Assembly: GCA_035221665.1 (NCBI GenBank)
Contig: CM069147.1
Span: 25,730,001 to 25,794,000 of the forward strand
Direction of reading: 5' to 3'
Source of the DNA: Okamejei kenojei
Taxonomy: Eukaryota
Length of the DNA stretch: 64,000 bases
The notes below the pieces were generated by a model. That model ran no database searches and was not told where the DNA came from. It worked only from the letters and a program-made list of their open reading frames with translations. Shown in pieces: positions 1-12,758 of the stretch (its first letter is position 1; the number at the start of each line of letters is the position of its first letter). A program made the translations under genes and the position numbers.

Positions 1-139
1 AAGGACACTGACCAGGAACTCCATCGGTCCAGTTGATTTTTGTGAGTTTACCCACCAGGAAGGGCCAATTTAACCTCTGCTACAGTCACCCGTGGGAGAG
101 GCATATTGGGGTGTGATGGGCCAGGTGTCACCATTATTC

Positions 140-3100
140 CTGTACAGTTTTTCGTCGTCCACATTTTTTGTTTTTAAAATTAGAACATTAGTTTTAATTT
201 CCCTGCTTTTTTTAGTAAAAAACTTCTTCATTTTTTTAAAATCAAGCTGCTGCATGAGACAGCGCCATCTCACAGATGTCCAATCACAATGGATCTAATT
301 ACCTATGATATGACATCACAATGGGACAGGGCTCGGAGATTGGAACCTTTAGGTGGGCCCGCTAAAATCAAACAGCTGCACGAGTCACAGAGCCATCTCA
401 CAGATGTCCCTAACGCACAATGGGACAGGTGTGGGAGATTGGAACCTTCACGTGGCTGCGTGTACAATCAAATTAGAGAGCAGGTTGTCCTATACCCCCT
501 CCCTATCTAACCCCTTTCCTCTCCCACCCACTCCCCTCTCCACCCCCAATCTCCGCTACCCCTCCCCCTCCACCACCCTTCGCCTATCCTACCCTCCCCT
601 CCTCCACCCCTCTCCCTCTCCTCCATCCCCATCTCTTCCCTCCCTCCACTTCTCCCCGTCCACTTCCTCCATTCTCATCTCCCCCTTCCCACTCCCCCAC
701 TTCTCTCTCCCTCCTCTCTCCTCCCTCCCCCTCACATCCCCTCCTCTCTCCCCGCTCCCTCCCCCGTCTCCCCTCTCCCCCCTCTACTCTCTCTCTCTCT
801 CCCTACTCTCTCTCTCCCCCTCTACCTTCCATCTACCCTCTGCTCTCTCTCCTCTCTCCCCCCTCCCTCCCCCCTCCATTCCCCCCTGCCCTATCCCCAC
901 TCCTCCCCACTTCTCTCCCACTCCCTTCTCTCTCCCCACTTCCCTTTTCCCACCGTCTCGCTCCTCACCCTTCTCTTCGCCCCATCCTCCCTCTCTCCCT
1001 CCATTTTCCCCGAACTCTCTCTCCCCCTTCTCTCGTCCCCTCTCCTCTCTCCCCTATTTCTCCACCTCCCTATTCCCACCTTCTCTCTTTCTCCTCTCTT
1101 CCCTGTCTCTCTCTCGGCCCCACTCCAGCTCCCTCTCCTCTACCTCCTTTTTTCCCCCCAGTACTCCTCTTCTCTCCCCCTATCCCTCTCGTACCCGTCC
1201 CCCATCTTTTCTGTCCCTCTCACCTCCTACCTACCCTTCCTTCTCTGGCCCCTCAATCTCACGATCCTCCCTGTCCTCCCCTCTCTCATCTTCACTCTCA
1301 ACCACCCCACCCCCCCACCTCCCTCTCCCCATTCATGCCCCCTCCCTCTACCTCCTCTCCCCAATCCCCTCCCTAAACCCCATTCCACCCTCCCCTTTCC
1401 TTTCCTCCTCACCTCCCTCCACTCCCTCCCCCTTTCCCTCCTCCTCCCCCTCTGCCCTTCACTTATCCCACCTCTCTATCCATCCTCTTCCCCCCTCTTC
1501 TCCCCCGAGTACTCTTCTTCCTTCTTCCCCTAATCCTCCTCTTATCTCCATTACTCTCCCCTCTATCCACTCTAACACCTTTCCTCATCTCAACCCCGCA
1601 ATTTTCTAAATCCTCCTTCTCCCCTCGACATCTTCACCCCATGCATCCTCTCTCCCACACCCATCTCTCCCTCCCCCCCTCTACTCTCCTCCCCTCTCTC
1701 TATCTACAATCTCTTTCTCCTCTCTCATATCCTTCACCCCTGCCATTCATCTCTCCACTCCAATCTCTTCCCTCTCACTCCCCTCACCTCTCTCCCCTCT
1801 CAATCTTCTCTCTACTCCACTCTCTCCCCCCTCCATTCTCTCCCCCTCCAATCTCCCCCCCACCTCTCCCTCTCATCACTCTCCCCCATCAATCTCTCTC
1901 CACCTCTCCCACACCCCCCTTTGTCCCTCCCCCTCTCCACTGTTCCAAAACCCCACTCACTCCACTCCTATCTTCCTCCATCTCTCTCCCCCCCACCCTG
2001 CCCTCACCGCTGCCCTCCCCTCTCTACCCACCCCACCTTTCCCCATGTCTTCACTACCACTGCGTTCTCTAATTTTAGCCCATCATCGATATCCATCCTT
2101 ATACTTCCCCTCAATACTGTTTCCTGGCGCCCCGAGGAATCATAATCCACCCCCGAGTATCTAAGTTCCCTGGGAGGGGGTTCATACCCTCCCCATCATC
2201 CCCTTCCCCCTATCTCCCCCTCCCCATCAATCTCCCACCATCCCCACTTTCCCCTCCTCCTCTCCCCTCTCCCCGAATCCCCCACCCTTCTCTAACCCCC
2301 TTCACCCACACCTTCTCCCCTCACCCCCTCCCCCTCTAATCCCACCCCTACCCCGTACTCCGCCTTATCTCCTCCACGCTCACCTCATTCCCCCCCCTCA
2401 TCCCCCTTTCTCCATTCTCCCATCATATTCGCCCCCGCACCTCCTCCTCCACCCCCCCCCCTCGCCCGTCTCCCCCCACACACTCACACCCCCCACCCCC
2501 AAACCTCTCACCGCCCCCCCCTCACCATCACCCCCCCCCCCCACCCCTTCCTCACCCACCACCCACTCTTCTCACACCCCTCACCCACCCACCCTCCCTC
2601 ACCCCACTCACCAACCCGCCCCCAATTCTCACCCCCAACACCCCCCCTCACCCCCCGCCACACCCTTCTCCACGCCCACCCCCCCCTCACCTTCTCACCC
2701 CACCCACTGTCTCCCCCCCACCACCCCCACGACCCCCCCCCCCCCCCTCTCTTCCCCCTTCACCTGACCTCACACCCGCCCCCCCCCTCGCCCTCCTCCC
2801 CACCGCTCCCTCACCCTCACCCACCCCACACCCTCACCCTCACCCGCCCCCCCGCCACCCCCCTCACCCGTTCTCACTTCCCGACCTCCACCCTTCACCC
2901 CCTAACCCACCCCCCTCTCCACCCCCCCACCCCCTCTCACACCCCCCCCCACACCCTTCTCACCCCACCCCCGCACACCCCCACCACACCCCCCCCCCCA
3001 CCCCAGCTCGAGGAGGTCCCAGAGGCTGAGATCTTCCCCCCCTCTCCCTCCCCTCTCCTCCTCCTTCGCTCCCTCCCTTCTTCCTTCCCCCGTATCACCG

Positions 3101-4539
3101 CACCCCCTCCCCTCTCGTCCTCCCCTCTCTCCTTCCTCCCCTCTCTCACTCCCCCTCACATCCCTCCTCTCTCCTCCCCCCTCTCTCCTCCCCTCACACC
3201 ATCTCTCATCACCCATCTCTCCTCACCCCTCTCCTCTCCTCACCCCTCTCTCCTCTCTCCCCATTCCCTATTTCTCCTCACCCTCTCTCCTCACCCCTCT
3301 CTCCTCAAGCCCGCTCTGCTTACCCCCTCAGCACCCCTCTCTCCTCAACCCTCTACTCATCTCTCCTTCTTCGCCCTCCTTCACCCCTCGCCCTCCTCCC
3401 TCATCCCCCTCCTCCTCCCTCCACCCTCTCTCCCACCCCCCCCTCTCCCAACCTCACCCATCTCTCCCCCTCTCCCCTTCCCCTCATCCCTCCCTCCCCT
3501 TCCCCATCCCCTCTCGACAACCCCTCCAACACTCTCGCATCCCCCCCCTACCCTCCCATCCCTACCACTTTTCCCCGTCCCCTCCGGCTCGCACCCTCCC
3601 CCTCCCCACCGGCCTGCTCTGTCCCTTCTCCATATCCTCCCCTCCCCAATCTCTCTCTCCCCCCATCTCCAACCGCCTCCTCCCCTTTCTTCTCCCTCTC
3701 TTCCTTCACAACCTCTCCCTCACAACGCTCTCCTCACCCACTCGCCCCTCTTCCCCCCCTCTGCATCCGCATCCCCCCTCTCAATCACCCCTCTCCCCAT
3801 CTCCCTCCCCTCACTCCCTCCCCCTCTCCCCATCTCCTCCTCACTCGCTCCCCCTCGCTCCCCCTCGCTCCCCCTCCTCCTTCCGTCCCCCCCTAAGTCC
3901 CCCTCTCTCCGCCCCCCCATCCCCGCTCTCTCCCTCCCCCTCCCACCCCTCTATCCCTTTCCCCTCTCCCCCTCCCTCTTCCCCTCCCCACTCTCCCCTC
4001 TATCCATCTCACCCTCATCCTCCTCCCTCCCCCCTCCCCGCTTTCCGACCCACCCATCTCCCTTCCTCCACCCTCCTTCTCCGCTCCTCCATTACCGCTC
4101 TCCCCTCCTCCACCGCACTCTCCCACCTCCAACCCCTGCTCCCCTCCTCCAACCCCCTCTCCCCCTCCAACCCCCTCTCCACTCCCTCTACCCACCACAC
4201 TCCTCTCCCTCCCCTCTCTTTCACCTCCCACTCCCCTCCTCTCCCGCTCCTCATATCTCCCCTCTCCTCTCTCCCCCTCCTTCGCTCCCCACGTCTACTC
4301 TCCCCTCTACTCCTTGGCCTCCTCCACCCTCCCGCCGCCTTCTCTCTCCGCCCCCTCGTTCCCCTCCTCTCCTCCCCCCCTCTCCCCTTTCCCTCTCCTC
4401 TCCACCCTCTCCCCTCTCGCCTCCCGTCTACCCCTACCCCCCTGTGTGTATGGCAGTTGGTTAGTGTGCGTGTGAAGGCGCCCACCCCCCCCCCCCGCGT
4501 GTTGGGGGAATAGACCCAGCGGGTCTGCACTTGGTCTAG
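140..4539 (+). mobile_element. Non-autonomous Helitron-like element carrying a ~4 kb C/T-rich tract, inserted into a Rex1 LINE
   Basis: The 3' end has hairpin AGACCC-agc-GGGTCT (4512-4526) followed 9 nt later by CTAG (4536-4539). Rex1 sequence resumes on both sides. The 5' end is not sharply defined. Confidence 0.5.
495..4440. repeat. Polypyrimidine (C/T) low-complexity tract
   Basis: Dominated by C/T with degenerate CCTCTCTC/CCCCT units; produces spurious Pro/Ser/Leu and Gly/Arg/Glu ORFs. Confidence 0.95.
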
Positions 4540-4610
4540 CAAGCACTTTGCCAGGTTCTTCCCGGTATTGCCTCTTGGCATCCTTGATGGCTTTGCGGAG
4601 GAGATGAGAG

Positions 4611-5058
4611 CAGGCATGGGTAGAAATTCTGGGGGGGGGGGTTCGGGGGGTGGGCCAACACGTCCTCCCATTGTTTTGAGAGATGGGGGACAATCCCCCC
4701 ATGTTTTGTAATTCGGATTTTTGATAATCGGTGAAAAGAAATCAATTAAAACTCCGCATTCCACGAGACAGTGGGGGTGTCATGTTAAGCGCTTGTTTAA
4801 TGTTTCTGTTAACATCGTATTAACAATGTGTCACCAATTGTGTCTTGACCTTCAAGACCTTCAACTGAAGTATACACGGAGAAGTTTTAAAGCTATCTGA
4901 TGCCCGGTACAATTACCATTTGAACTAATTGGATGTATTGGTGGATGGGAAAGATTTAAATGGGTATCGGATTTAAATGGGTCAGGTCAAAGTGGTTTCC
5001 TGGCTGGCTTGCAGGTAAGTCCCGCATTCACGGTCATTTCATGTTATTTAGTACTTTT

Positions 5059-5108
<50 letters not shown>

Positions 5109-5780
5109 ACTCTCTCCCGTCCAAGGTTGGTTCTTCTGTTTGCCTTTATTTTCTTCAGTTTTATTTATTTAAGTGTTATTTATCACGATTGTGATCCATT
5201 GTTGCTTTTGATAGATTCAAGCGGGTATCGGACGCGTTCTAAGGGGTTAAAGTGGCCCCTTCGCGGGGCCTCTCCTCGCCCGGTGTGTCGTAAAATGAGC
5301 AAAACTGCTGCATCAAGGCGATCGAGGCTCCCGATGTTGAAGCCCCCACGGCCGATTTTAAGCCGCGCCGGGCGATGAAAGGCCCCCGCCGATCGGGCTG
5401 ATTCATGCCCCCGCAAGTCAGGGCGGAAGAACCTGCTGTTGTTGGAGTTCGGAGCGCGTCACCAACCAAGGTCAGCTCCCAATGTTACCGTCACAGTGCC
5501 TTGGTTGAAGTNNNNNNNNNNNNNNNNNNNNNNNNNNNNNNNNNNNNNNNNNNNNNNNNNNNNNNNNNNNNNNNNNNNNNNNNNNNNNNNNNNNNNNNNN
5601 NNNNNNNNNNNNNNNNNNNNNNNNNNNNNNNNNNNNNNNNNNNNNNNNNNNNNNNNNNNNNNNNNNNNNNNNNNNGTCGGTTGTGTGTGTGTGTGTGTGT
5701 GGTCTGCCTGCGCGCATGCACGTGCGCGCGGCCACCAAGACATTGTGTATCCCCCACAATTGTGTTCCCTGCCGATTATT
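4611..5780. mobile_element. Putative non-autonomous DNA transposon (hAT-like MITE) with nested repeats and (CT)n/(GT)n microsatellites; mirrored at ~59045-60014
   Basis: End caggcatgggtagaaattctgggggg...gtcc resembles G-rich hAT-type TIRs; it interrupts Rex1 coding remnants. Confidence 0.4.
5512..5675. other. Assembly gap (164 N)
   Basis: N run adjacent to a (GT)n microsatellite. Confidence 1.
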
Positions 5781-8700
5781 TGATTAGCGATATTAGAGGC
5801 CATTCTTGTACTGCTCGGGTCGTTTGACGTATGCAGAGACTGGCCTGACCTGTGAAGGTACCTCGCTCACGTTAACATTCCGGAAACCCATCCATGGTTT
5901 CAGGATTGGGGAACACTCAGATTGTCTTTGACACAATATTCAGTGCATATGTGGTGAAGTCCAGTACAGTTAGTTGTGACGTGCTCATTCAGGTTAGCTT
6001 GCGGTAACCAGGATTATGGACAGTTCACTGACTCAAGGTTTTTTGTTAACAGTATTTGGCCGATAAGTGCAAAGTGTTTGTGTGATGTGTGTTAAGGCGG
6101 GGGAATGGGCGGGGAGAGGGAGAATCTTTGTCCTGAAAGAGAAAAAAATCGTTCTTAGTGAAGAGAATATGACAAGAAGCCGATGGACAATGCGATTAGA
6201 TTGACCTGTTCGTGTTGTATATTTCTATTGACTCCGGTTATCTAATATTTTTTCATTGGTAAGGCCACTTGAAGTTGGGTATTTTGCAGTGTCATAAAAT
6301 AATCTTGTGAATGTGCCTGTTGTGAACTTTTGACGGAATCATATCTCCGAACACATAATCACACTGCCTAATTGTGAACAACTGGTGCCTAAAATTCCTT
6401 AGCTTATTGGTGGATCAAACGAGGATGGTGATAAGGAGGTCGCTAATATCACGGGCAGCGAAATTCGCCATGTGCTGCGGTTGTGCGATGAGTAATCCAA
6501 TGAAATAAAAATGCTTAATTTGAAAATACAAGTTTATTCGATTGAGGGATTATGGATGTATAAAATATCGAATTCAATAAAAATTCACTAAATCGAATCT
6601 TGAATTAATTATTTGGTATGGAAAGAAAATAATTCAATGATTACATGCACAAGCTTAATAATTAAAGCAATAAATGGAATTTGGAATGCAATTCACGCAT
6701 GTGAAGGTAAACATAATTAATAGGGAATATGGGAATTGTAGATAACCAATGAGATGTCTAAGGACAATTAATACGTTAGCACGCTGCGTGGAGCCTCCTC
6801 ACTAAGAAGTAAATGTGCCTGTTATAACATTCTCAGTACATTAGAAAAGTAGGTCAGCGGCAATGAAAGTAAAGTATTATTTTTTGAATGATAGGACGAA
6901 TGCACAGAGTATTTTACCCAGAGTACGGGAATGAAAAACTAAAGGACATATGTTGAAGGTGAGAGGATAGAGATTTAATTGAAAAAAAAAACTGACGGGC
7001 ACTGCATTCACATAGCGGGTGTCTGCAACGAGCTGAATCAAATACTTATAACAGCATGTTTTGGATATTTGGGTTGGTATATATATATAGAAAACGTTGT
7101 GAGGGATATGAGTCACATTGGACGGCATGCAGTTTGGTCCAGGGCCTTTTTCCATGTTGTATGAACCAATGATGCTATGATTCTCGGACTCTATGGAATA
7201 GAATAAAATTATCGAATAATTCAGTTCGAGAGTAACTGATACATTTTCGATTCACTTCATATAGCCCGTCGAATTTACTTGTTTTTTTTCACCCCGCCTA
7301 TATACTACACTTATTTTCTTTAAGGTTGCCGTATTTTCAATTTCTTTTTGGAGCTTGACGTGTTTCAGGGTAGCGTGTGTGCAGTTCGTTATCAGCAGCA
7401 GCCTATAATTGCGATCTGTGCACAAATGTTTGTTTTGTTAATTGGACAAGGGAAAACGACAAATTTGCTCCGAGTAAGGACGTATCTGTATGCTCAGATG
7501 TGTAGAGTAAAAGCGAGGTGAAACGATCATTTACCACTTTGCATGCACAGGGCTATCAACGTGCTCTTCAGGTTTCCCTTATTCTTTGCTGCGGACAAGA
7601 TCCAAATGGGCGTGCATGGAATTGCGGCTAACTTTCTCTTCTTCTTCCTGGAAATTCATGAACTTATTTTAAAAAGTAGTTATACTACTAGATGAAGCTT
7701 TCGATCGGAATGCGCTGCAAGAATATACGAGGGACAATTATTTGTTGTTTTTGTCTCAATGACTTCTCGCACGAAGACCAATTTCCAGAGTCTAATCGAA
7801 CTGTAGGGCAAACAGTCCCAACTGGACAGATCAAAATGATAACTGCACATAACTATAGAACATAGAACGGTACAGCATAGGAACGCGTCCCTTCAGCCAA
7901 AAATGTTTGTGCTGAACCACGATGACCTCCTACACATCGATTCACTTTAGCATCTTGACATTTAACCTTACATGCGCCATCCTAAGTGCAACAGCTCAGA
8001 CTGCTCGGGTTATACTCTATCATGCTCCGTCTGCCATTTCTCCACCCACTTCTATCGATGATCTCTAACTCTCTGTATCTTCCGACAGCCCCCCTCGCTG
8101 GCTGCAACTCTACTGTTCTGTTGTTCAGCAAATTTACTCAACAATTCATCTAGATTTATGTCTACGTCATTTATATATATCACAAATAACAGTGGTCGTG
8201 TGGAATTCCACTGATCCAGACCTTCAGGCAGATCTTCTTCGACAAACTCTGTCGCTCTGAAGAAGTCAGCTCTGCTAATTAATATCACCAAGTTACAGTA
8301 GGTCCTTTTATATCTTGATCTTGATCTTTTGGATCAACTTATCACGAGGGACTTATCACAAGCTTTCCTAAGATTCGAGTTTGCAGCAGCTATCTGCCCT
8401 GCCCTCATGAAGTCTCCTTTGTCATCTGTTCAGAAAATCAATTTTAATCAGTAAAAACGTGTTAGGCCGTGCTGGCTATCGCTATTCGTCCATTCTCTTC
8501 CCAATGTCAGTAGATCCTCTCTTGAAGAAGTCTTTCCAATCGGTTCCCAACCACTAACGTGTGGTCAACCGACCTATATTTAGATCCAACTGGTTGAGAC
8601 TTGGATTCCCTCCACTTCGCTTCTTAAACAAATGGAAAAAAACACGTCCACTTCCAGTAATCCGGAATCTCGCCTGTGGCTGGACAAGAAAGCAGTAAGG

Positions 8701-9500
8701 TACAATGAAAATATTCCTTTATACCACACCTGGTGTAAACAATATATATATTTTATAATAAAATGCGAAACTCCTGTAAAATGCTTTTATATTGTTCTTT
8801 TTGTCCTCCTGTGTGTGGTGTGTACTGTGAAAACCTTCACGGATTGGGCATACGTTCAAAACAGAATAAGACGTGGTCCTTATTTTAAAACGATTTCGGT
8901 TTTCAACAAAGGCAGAATCCTGAGTTACTTTCACAAATGGAATAGTCATGTATTAAATAAGCCTTACCCAACTTTGTGTCCGATTTGTATTTACTGTACG
9001 CTTCTTTGCATCTGCTCGGAAAATATTAAAACAGTGATAAATGGCCGTGCGACATGGTGTTTTTCTAGCACGCAAAGAACGTAATATCATGTGATTAATT
9101 GCACGGTAGAGTTTCACTATATACGCTTCACTACATACACCACGTTTGTTTCTGCCCACGCTTTTTCCAAGATGTTGGACGACACAGTGGTGGAACAGGT
9201 AAATGCGGAGTTTGAGGCATTATCTTCCCTGTGACACGTGGAATTCACCGTTGCTCCAGTATACTCCCACATCCCAAGAATGTGCGGATTTGTGGGTTAA
9301 TTGACCTCTGTAAATTGCCCCCACTGTGTATTGAGAGAATACGAAAGTAGGTTAACCTAGACATAGTGTGAACGGATGATCGATGGCCGGCGTGGAATCG
9401 ATGGGTTAAAATGCCTGTTTTTCTGCTGTATCTTCCAAAAAATCAAACACATTCTTATCACAAAATTCACTGATGTTCTGATCTTGACCAATAGGTACAA

Positions 9501-9514
9501 TTAAATGCTGGCTG
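9501..9514 (-). CDS. Gene A, putative last coding exon: very short cytoplasmic tail (AASI*)
   Basis: Acceptor cacatag|CAGCCAGCATT-TAA. The right copy has the same residues ending in TGA (54722-54735), so the stop position is kept with a different codon. Confidence 0.45.
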
Positions 9515-9752
9515 CTATGTGATGATGTATCGAAATAAAACATAGAATTTTAAATATGTGATAATCAAACATTAGTCACGTGCAAAATTGAATATCTTCA
9601 TTACGTCGGTGCTATTTATTATAATCATAATTGTTGCCCGTGCAAATGTTTCATTTCCTTTATTTATCAAGCGAATCGTGTAATTACCATTTACTATTAC
9701 ATTAATATATTATACTGGGATGATGATAATGTTAAACATGGATGAGAAATTA

Positions 9753-9856
9753 CTCTAAATATAATTGTCATCGCAGACGACAACGATGAACATTAAATTA
9801 AACACTGCACCTCGGATATCTTCCAGCGATTACAGAAGCAGATAAACATTCGACAG
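9753..9856 (-). pseudogene. Gene A, exon 4: transmembrane exon, frameshifted in this copy
   Basis: Acceptor cccacag|CTGTCGAA. Homologous to the intact exon at 54383-54484 but with two single-base insertions (GGAAGATATCC, GTCGTCTGCG); reads AVECLSASVIAGRYPRCSV*. Confidence 0.75.
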
Positions 9857-10641
9857 CTGTGGGGGGGGGTTAAACCGATGGACCAAATGTTTATATTTTA
9901 ATTGAGTATTTCAAAGTAGACCTTTGCGACGAAAAAACAAAGCAAGATATTTCAAATGTTCACTCAATGGATTTTACCAGAACCGCGTGGAAGGCGGCAA
10001 AGAGCCAACAATTTCGATTTATGGCTCGATTAGGATTGAAATAAACAGCTCTTAGGTGAACCTAGTGGGATATTGACGTTAGGGAAAAAAAGAAATTGTG
10101 GAAATAATACATGAATTTGTATATATTCTGTTCACCAACTCTTGAAGGAGATGTTAATGTTACTGACGCTGGCCAGGAGTGAATCATTACAGACGTCTTC
10201 TCCCCACTAACTGTCCCCAATTAATGCAAGAGGCAACAAGATAGTTCTCATAGATAGACTGAAAATGCTAGCGTAACTCAGCGGGTCAGGCAGCATCACA
10301 GCAAAGGAGGTCAGGTGGGGGGTGATGAAAACACGACAGGGGTGAGGGCTGGAGTCAGGGGCGAGCAAAGGTGCTGAAGCAGGGTCGGGTGTGGGGGCCA
10401 GAGGGCTTCAGAGAGGAGGGGTTGGGAGGAGCTGGCAAGGGCGGGCAGGGGAGGGGTATTAAGATCATAAGGAATATGAGAATTAGGCAATTCGGCCTAT
10501 CATGTCTACTCCGCAATTCAACCATGGCTGATCTATCTCCCCCTCCTAACCCTATTCTCCTGCCTTCTCCAAATGACCTCTGATATCTATAGTAGGTGTA
10601 GAGTGGTTAGGAGCAGAAACATCTGTGTTAATTGATTATTT

Positions 10642-10805
10642 TTACATTATTCCTCGGGAAGGTGTGATGTTTGTGGAGGCATCAGAGTGGACTTGTAGAT
10701 CACGTGAAAGGGAATGGGCTACAGGTTCGCGATCGATTGCGGGAACGGTATTGATGAAATTCTTCTGGGAGGCAACATAGACTGGATGGACTTTACAGCG
10801 TCCGT
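10642..10805 (-). CDS. Gene A, possible alternative terminal (secretory-type) exon DGRCKVHPVYVASQKNF...TPSRGIM*
   Basis: Long polypyrimidine tract and tag| acceptor ~165 nt below the C1 donor. A phase-1 join gives an open ~54-residue hydrophilic tail, also open in the right copy (51328-51491). No canonical AATAAA was seen just after it. Confidence 0.35.
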
Positions 10806-10971
10806 CTACGCCGGGAGGAAAAGGATAGAGAAAATAGGAAAATTGCACAAGTTCTCGGAAAATAAATTTGCTGCACAAAATACGGTCTTTTAAAAATCTT
10901 CACATTTTATTTTTACTATTAATATTATTATTCAATGGACTGTCCATTATACTATCCGTAGGAAACGTTAC

Positions 10972-11277
10972 CTTCATGAGGAACCGTGTAGTTGGCAGTT
11001 GCTGGAGTTAGCATAGAACGGTGAATAATTTTACACGTGTAAACGGTTCCTTCTTTGACTGCCCGTTTCTCCTCTAAAGAGCTGATAACTTCATACAATC
11101 CGTCTGCCGTTGAATGTTGTTCATGCCGAAATCCAGATTGGATGATGGAACCATTTCTGTGCCAGGTGAGATTAAATTCTTTCGGGTAAAAGGCAGCCGT
11201 TCTGCACTGGATTTTCAGGAAATGAGTCGCAGCATTTCTAGATCGAACAGATACAATCTTCAGAGGAGAAGGGACAG
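10972..11277 (-). CDS. IgSF receptor gene A, exon 3: C1-set Ig constant domain (absent from the ORF track)
   Basis: Acceptor ctctctacttag|, donor G|gtaacg, 306 nt open, phase 1/1. Translation (A)VPSPLKIVSVRSRNAATHFLKIQCRTAAFYPKEFNLTWHRNGSIIQSGFRHEQHSTADGLYEVISSLEEKRAVKEGTVYTCKIIHRSMLTPATANYTVPHE has C-x4-FYP, W-x-x-NG, DGLY and YTC-x3-H. Confidence 0.93.
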
Positions 11278-12154
11278 CTAAGTAGAGAGGAATATAATTA
11301 AAAGAAAGGGGAAAAGTCGATTACATCATCCAATAGCATTTGTTCCAACGCTACTTAATTCCATCATAATTTTTAAATCGGGAGCCCAGATGAAGGTGTA
11401 ATTCATCGCAATTGACCCCCCCCCCCATTCCCTTGACATGCATTCCCTTGACATTTAATTTAAGAAAAGAGCACTAATTTGCACACTTGTTTCTTGTGCT
11501 ACCATGCGCGAATCAACTTTCAAGTTTCAACTCTCCAAAGGCACAATACTGTTGTGAATATTTCAACTTCCCAACATAATCAGTCATAAACAGTTGCAGA
11601 CTTTGACTGGCTTACAGAGAATGCTTTGAATAAAATTTCTTGTTTCTCTATTTCGGCGCAAGAAATATAAATTATATTTCAATTATTTTGTGGAAGTAAA
11701 AACCTCGCTCTTTCAATTCACAGGATTATATGTTGATAACATTATCATTAGGAAAACATCAGGAAGATCCCCACCTCGGCGTCATTGTCAAATTGAAACC
11801 GTTGTATTTATTCATATGACACTCACTACCTTCAATATACATCAGCTCAAATATCATTGCTGTCATTCCCTCTGGCCTATATTTTCGAACGAATCAATCT
11901 AGAATAATTGTCCAACGTTTTGCACATTTGTATTCTGGATTAAAGACTTTTGTGAAGCAAAATCCAAATTCGAGCTGCAACTGAATACCTAAGAAGGAAA
12001 CTGCAGACTCGCTGAAATCGAAAGTGCTGGAGAACTCAGCGGGTGCAGCAGCATAATTCGGGCCGAAACGTTGCCTAATTTCCTTCGTTCCTGCACCCGT
12101 GACCGCTGGTTTCTCCAGCATTGTTGTCTAGCAACTAAAGAACCGTTCGCTCAC

Positions 12155-12466
12155 CATATACGATCAGTTGCTCTCCTGTTCCCTTCCAAACCGTTCGGCC
12201 CGCTTGTTGTGCAAGACAATTGTATGTTCCGGCGTCCGAGACCGTGACATTCAGCAGGTGAAGGTAGGCGCCTCCTGCCCTTATAATGAAGATTTTCCTG
12301 CTATCTTCTTTCAGGAAGCCTTTATTTCTATCTTTCCACCAGAAAACCGTTAGGTTTGACAGATTTACATTGAAGGGGAAGGAACACCGACAGGTAATGT
12401 TTATGCCACTGATCACCGTCTTCTGAACAACATTCGATATCATCTTGCCCGACCTGTTCTCAGCAG
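12155..12466 (-). CDS. IgSF receptor gene A, exon 2: V-set Ig domain with germline-joined J-like motif (NKp30/SIRP/VJ-type)
   Basis: Acceptor ctaatgacag|, donor G|gtgagc, 312 nt open, phase 1/1. Translation has the V-set hallmarks ITCRCSFP, VFWWK, AYLHLLNVTVSDAGTYNC and the J-like KGTGEQLIVY. Confidence 0.92.
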
Positions 12467-12758
12467 CTGTCATTAGATGGTGCACAATCCAGTTTAGTCA
12501 TTGATATACAGCAATGGAAATTAAACACTGCTGGTAAAAAATTATTGCACGCAGACCAAATATTTACAATGAATTGAACCGAATTATTATGCCCGCTTTT
12601 TGTGTCCTCGTAAAGGTTTCGTAAATTACACCACTTTCCAGAACTCATACAACAGCAATGACTTTATGGACAATTCGGCATGACATTATAAGGTACAACT
12701 ATCATATCTGCGTATTTTGAAGACCCATAAATAAAAAGCAATAGAAGCCGTAGTTTAC

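Noticed and set aside
353-4764. Long Pro/Ser/Leu and Gly/Arg/Glu ORFs (e.g. 418 aa at 353-1609)
   Set aside because: They arise from the stop-poor C/T low-complexity tract, and the frames are not conserved in the mirror arm.
12135-12485. Calling gene A a TCR, IgL, NCR3 or SIRP ortholog
   Set aside because: There is no RSS or split V/J, and the architecture differs from NKp30 (extra C1) and SIRP (single C1). Orthology cannot be assigned without phylogeny, so no symbol is given.
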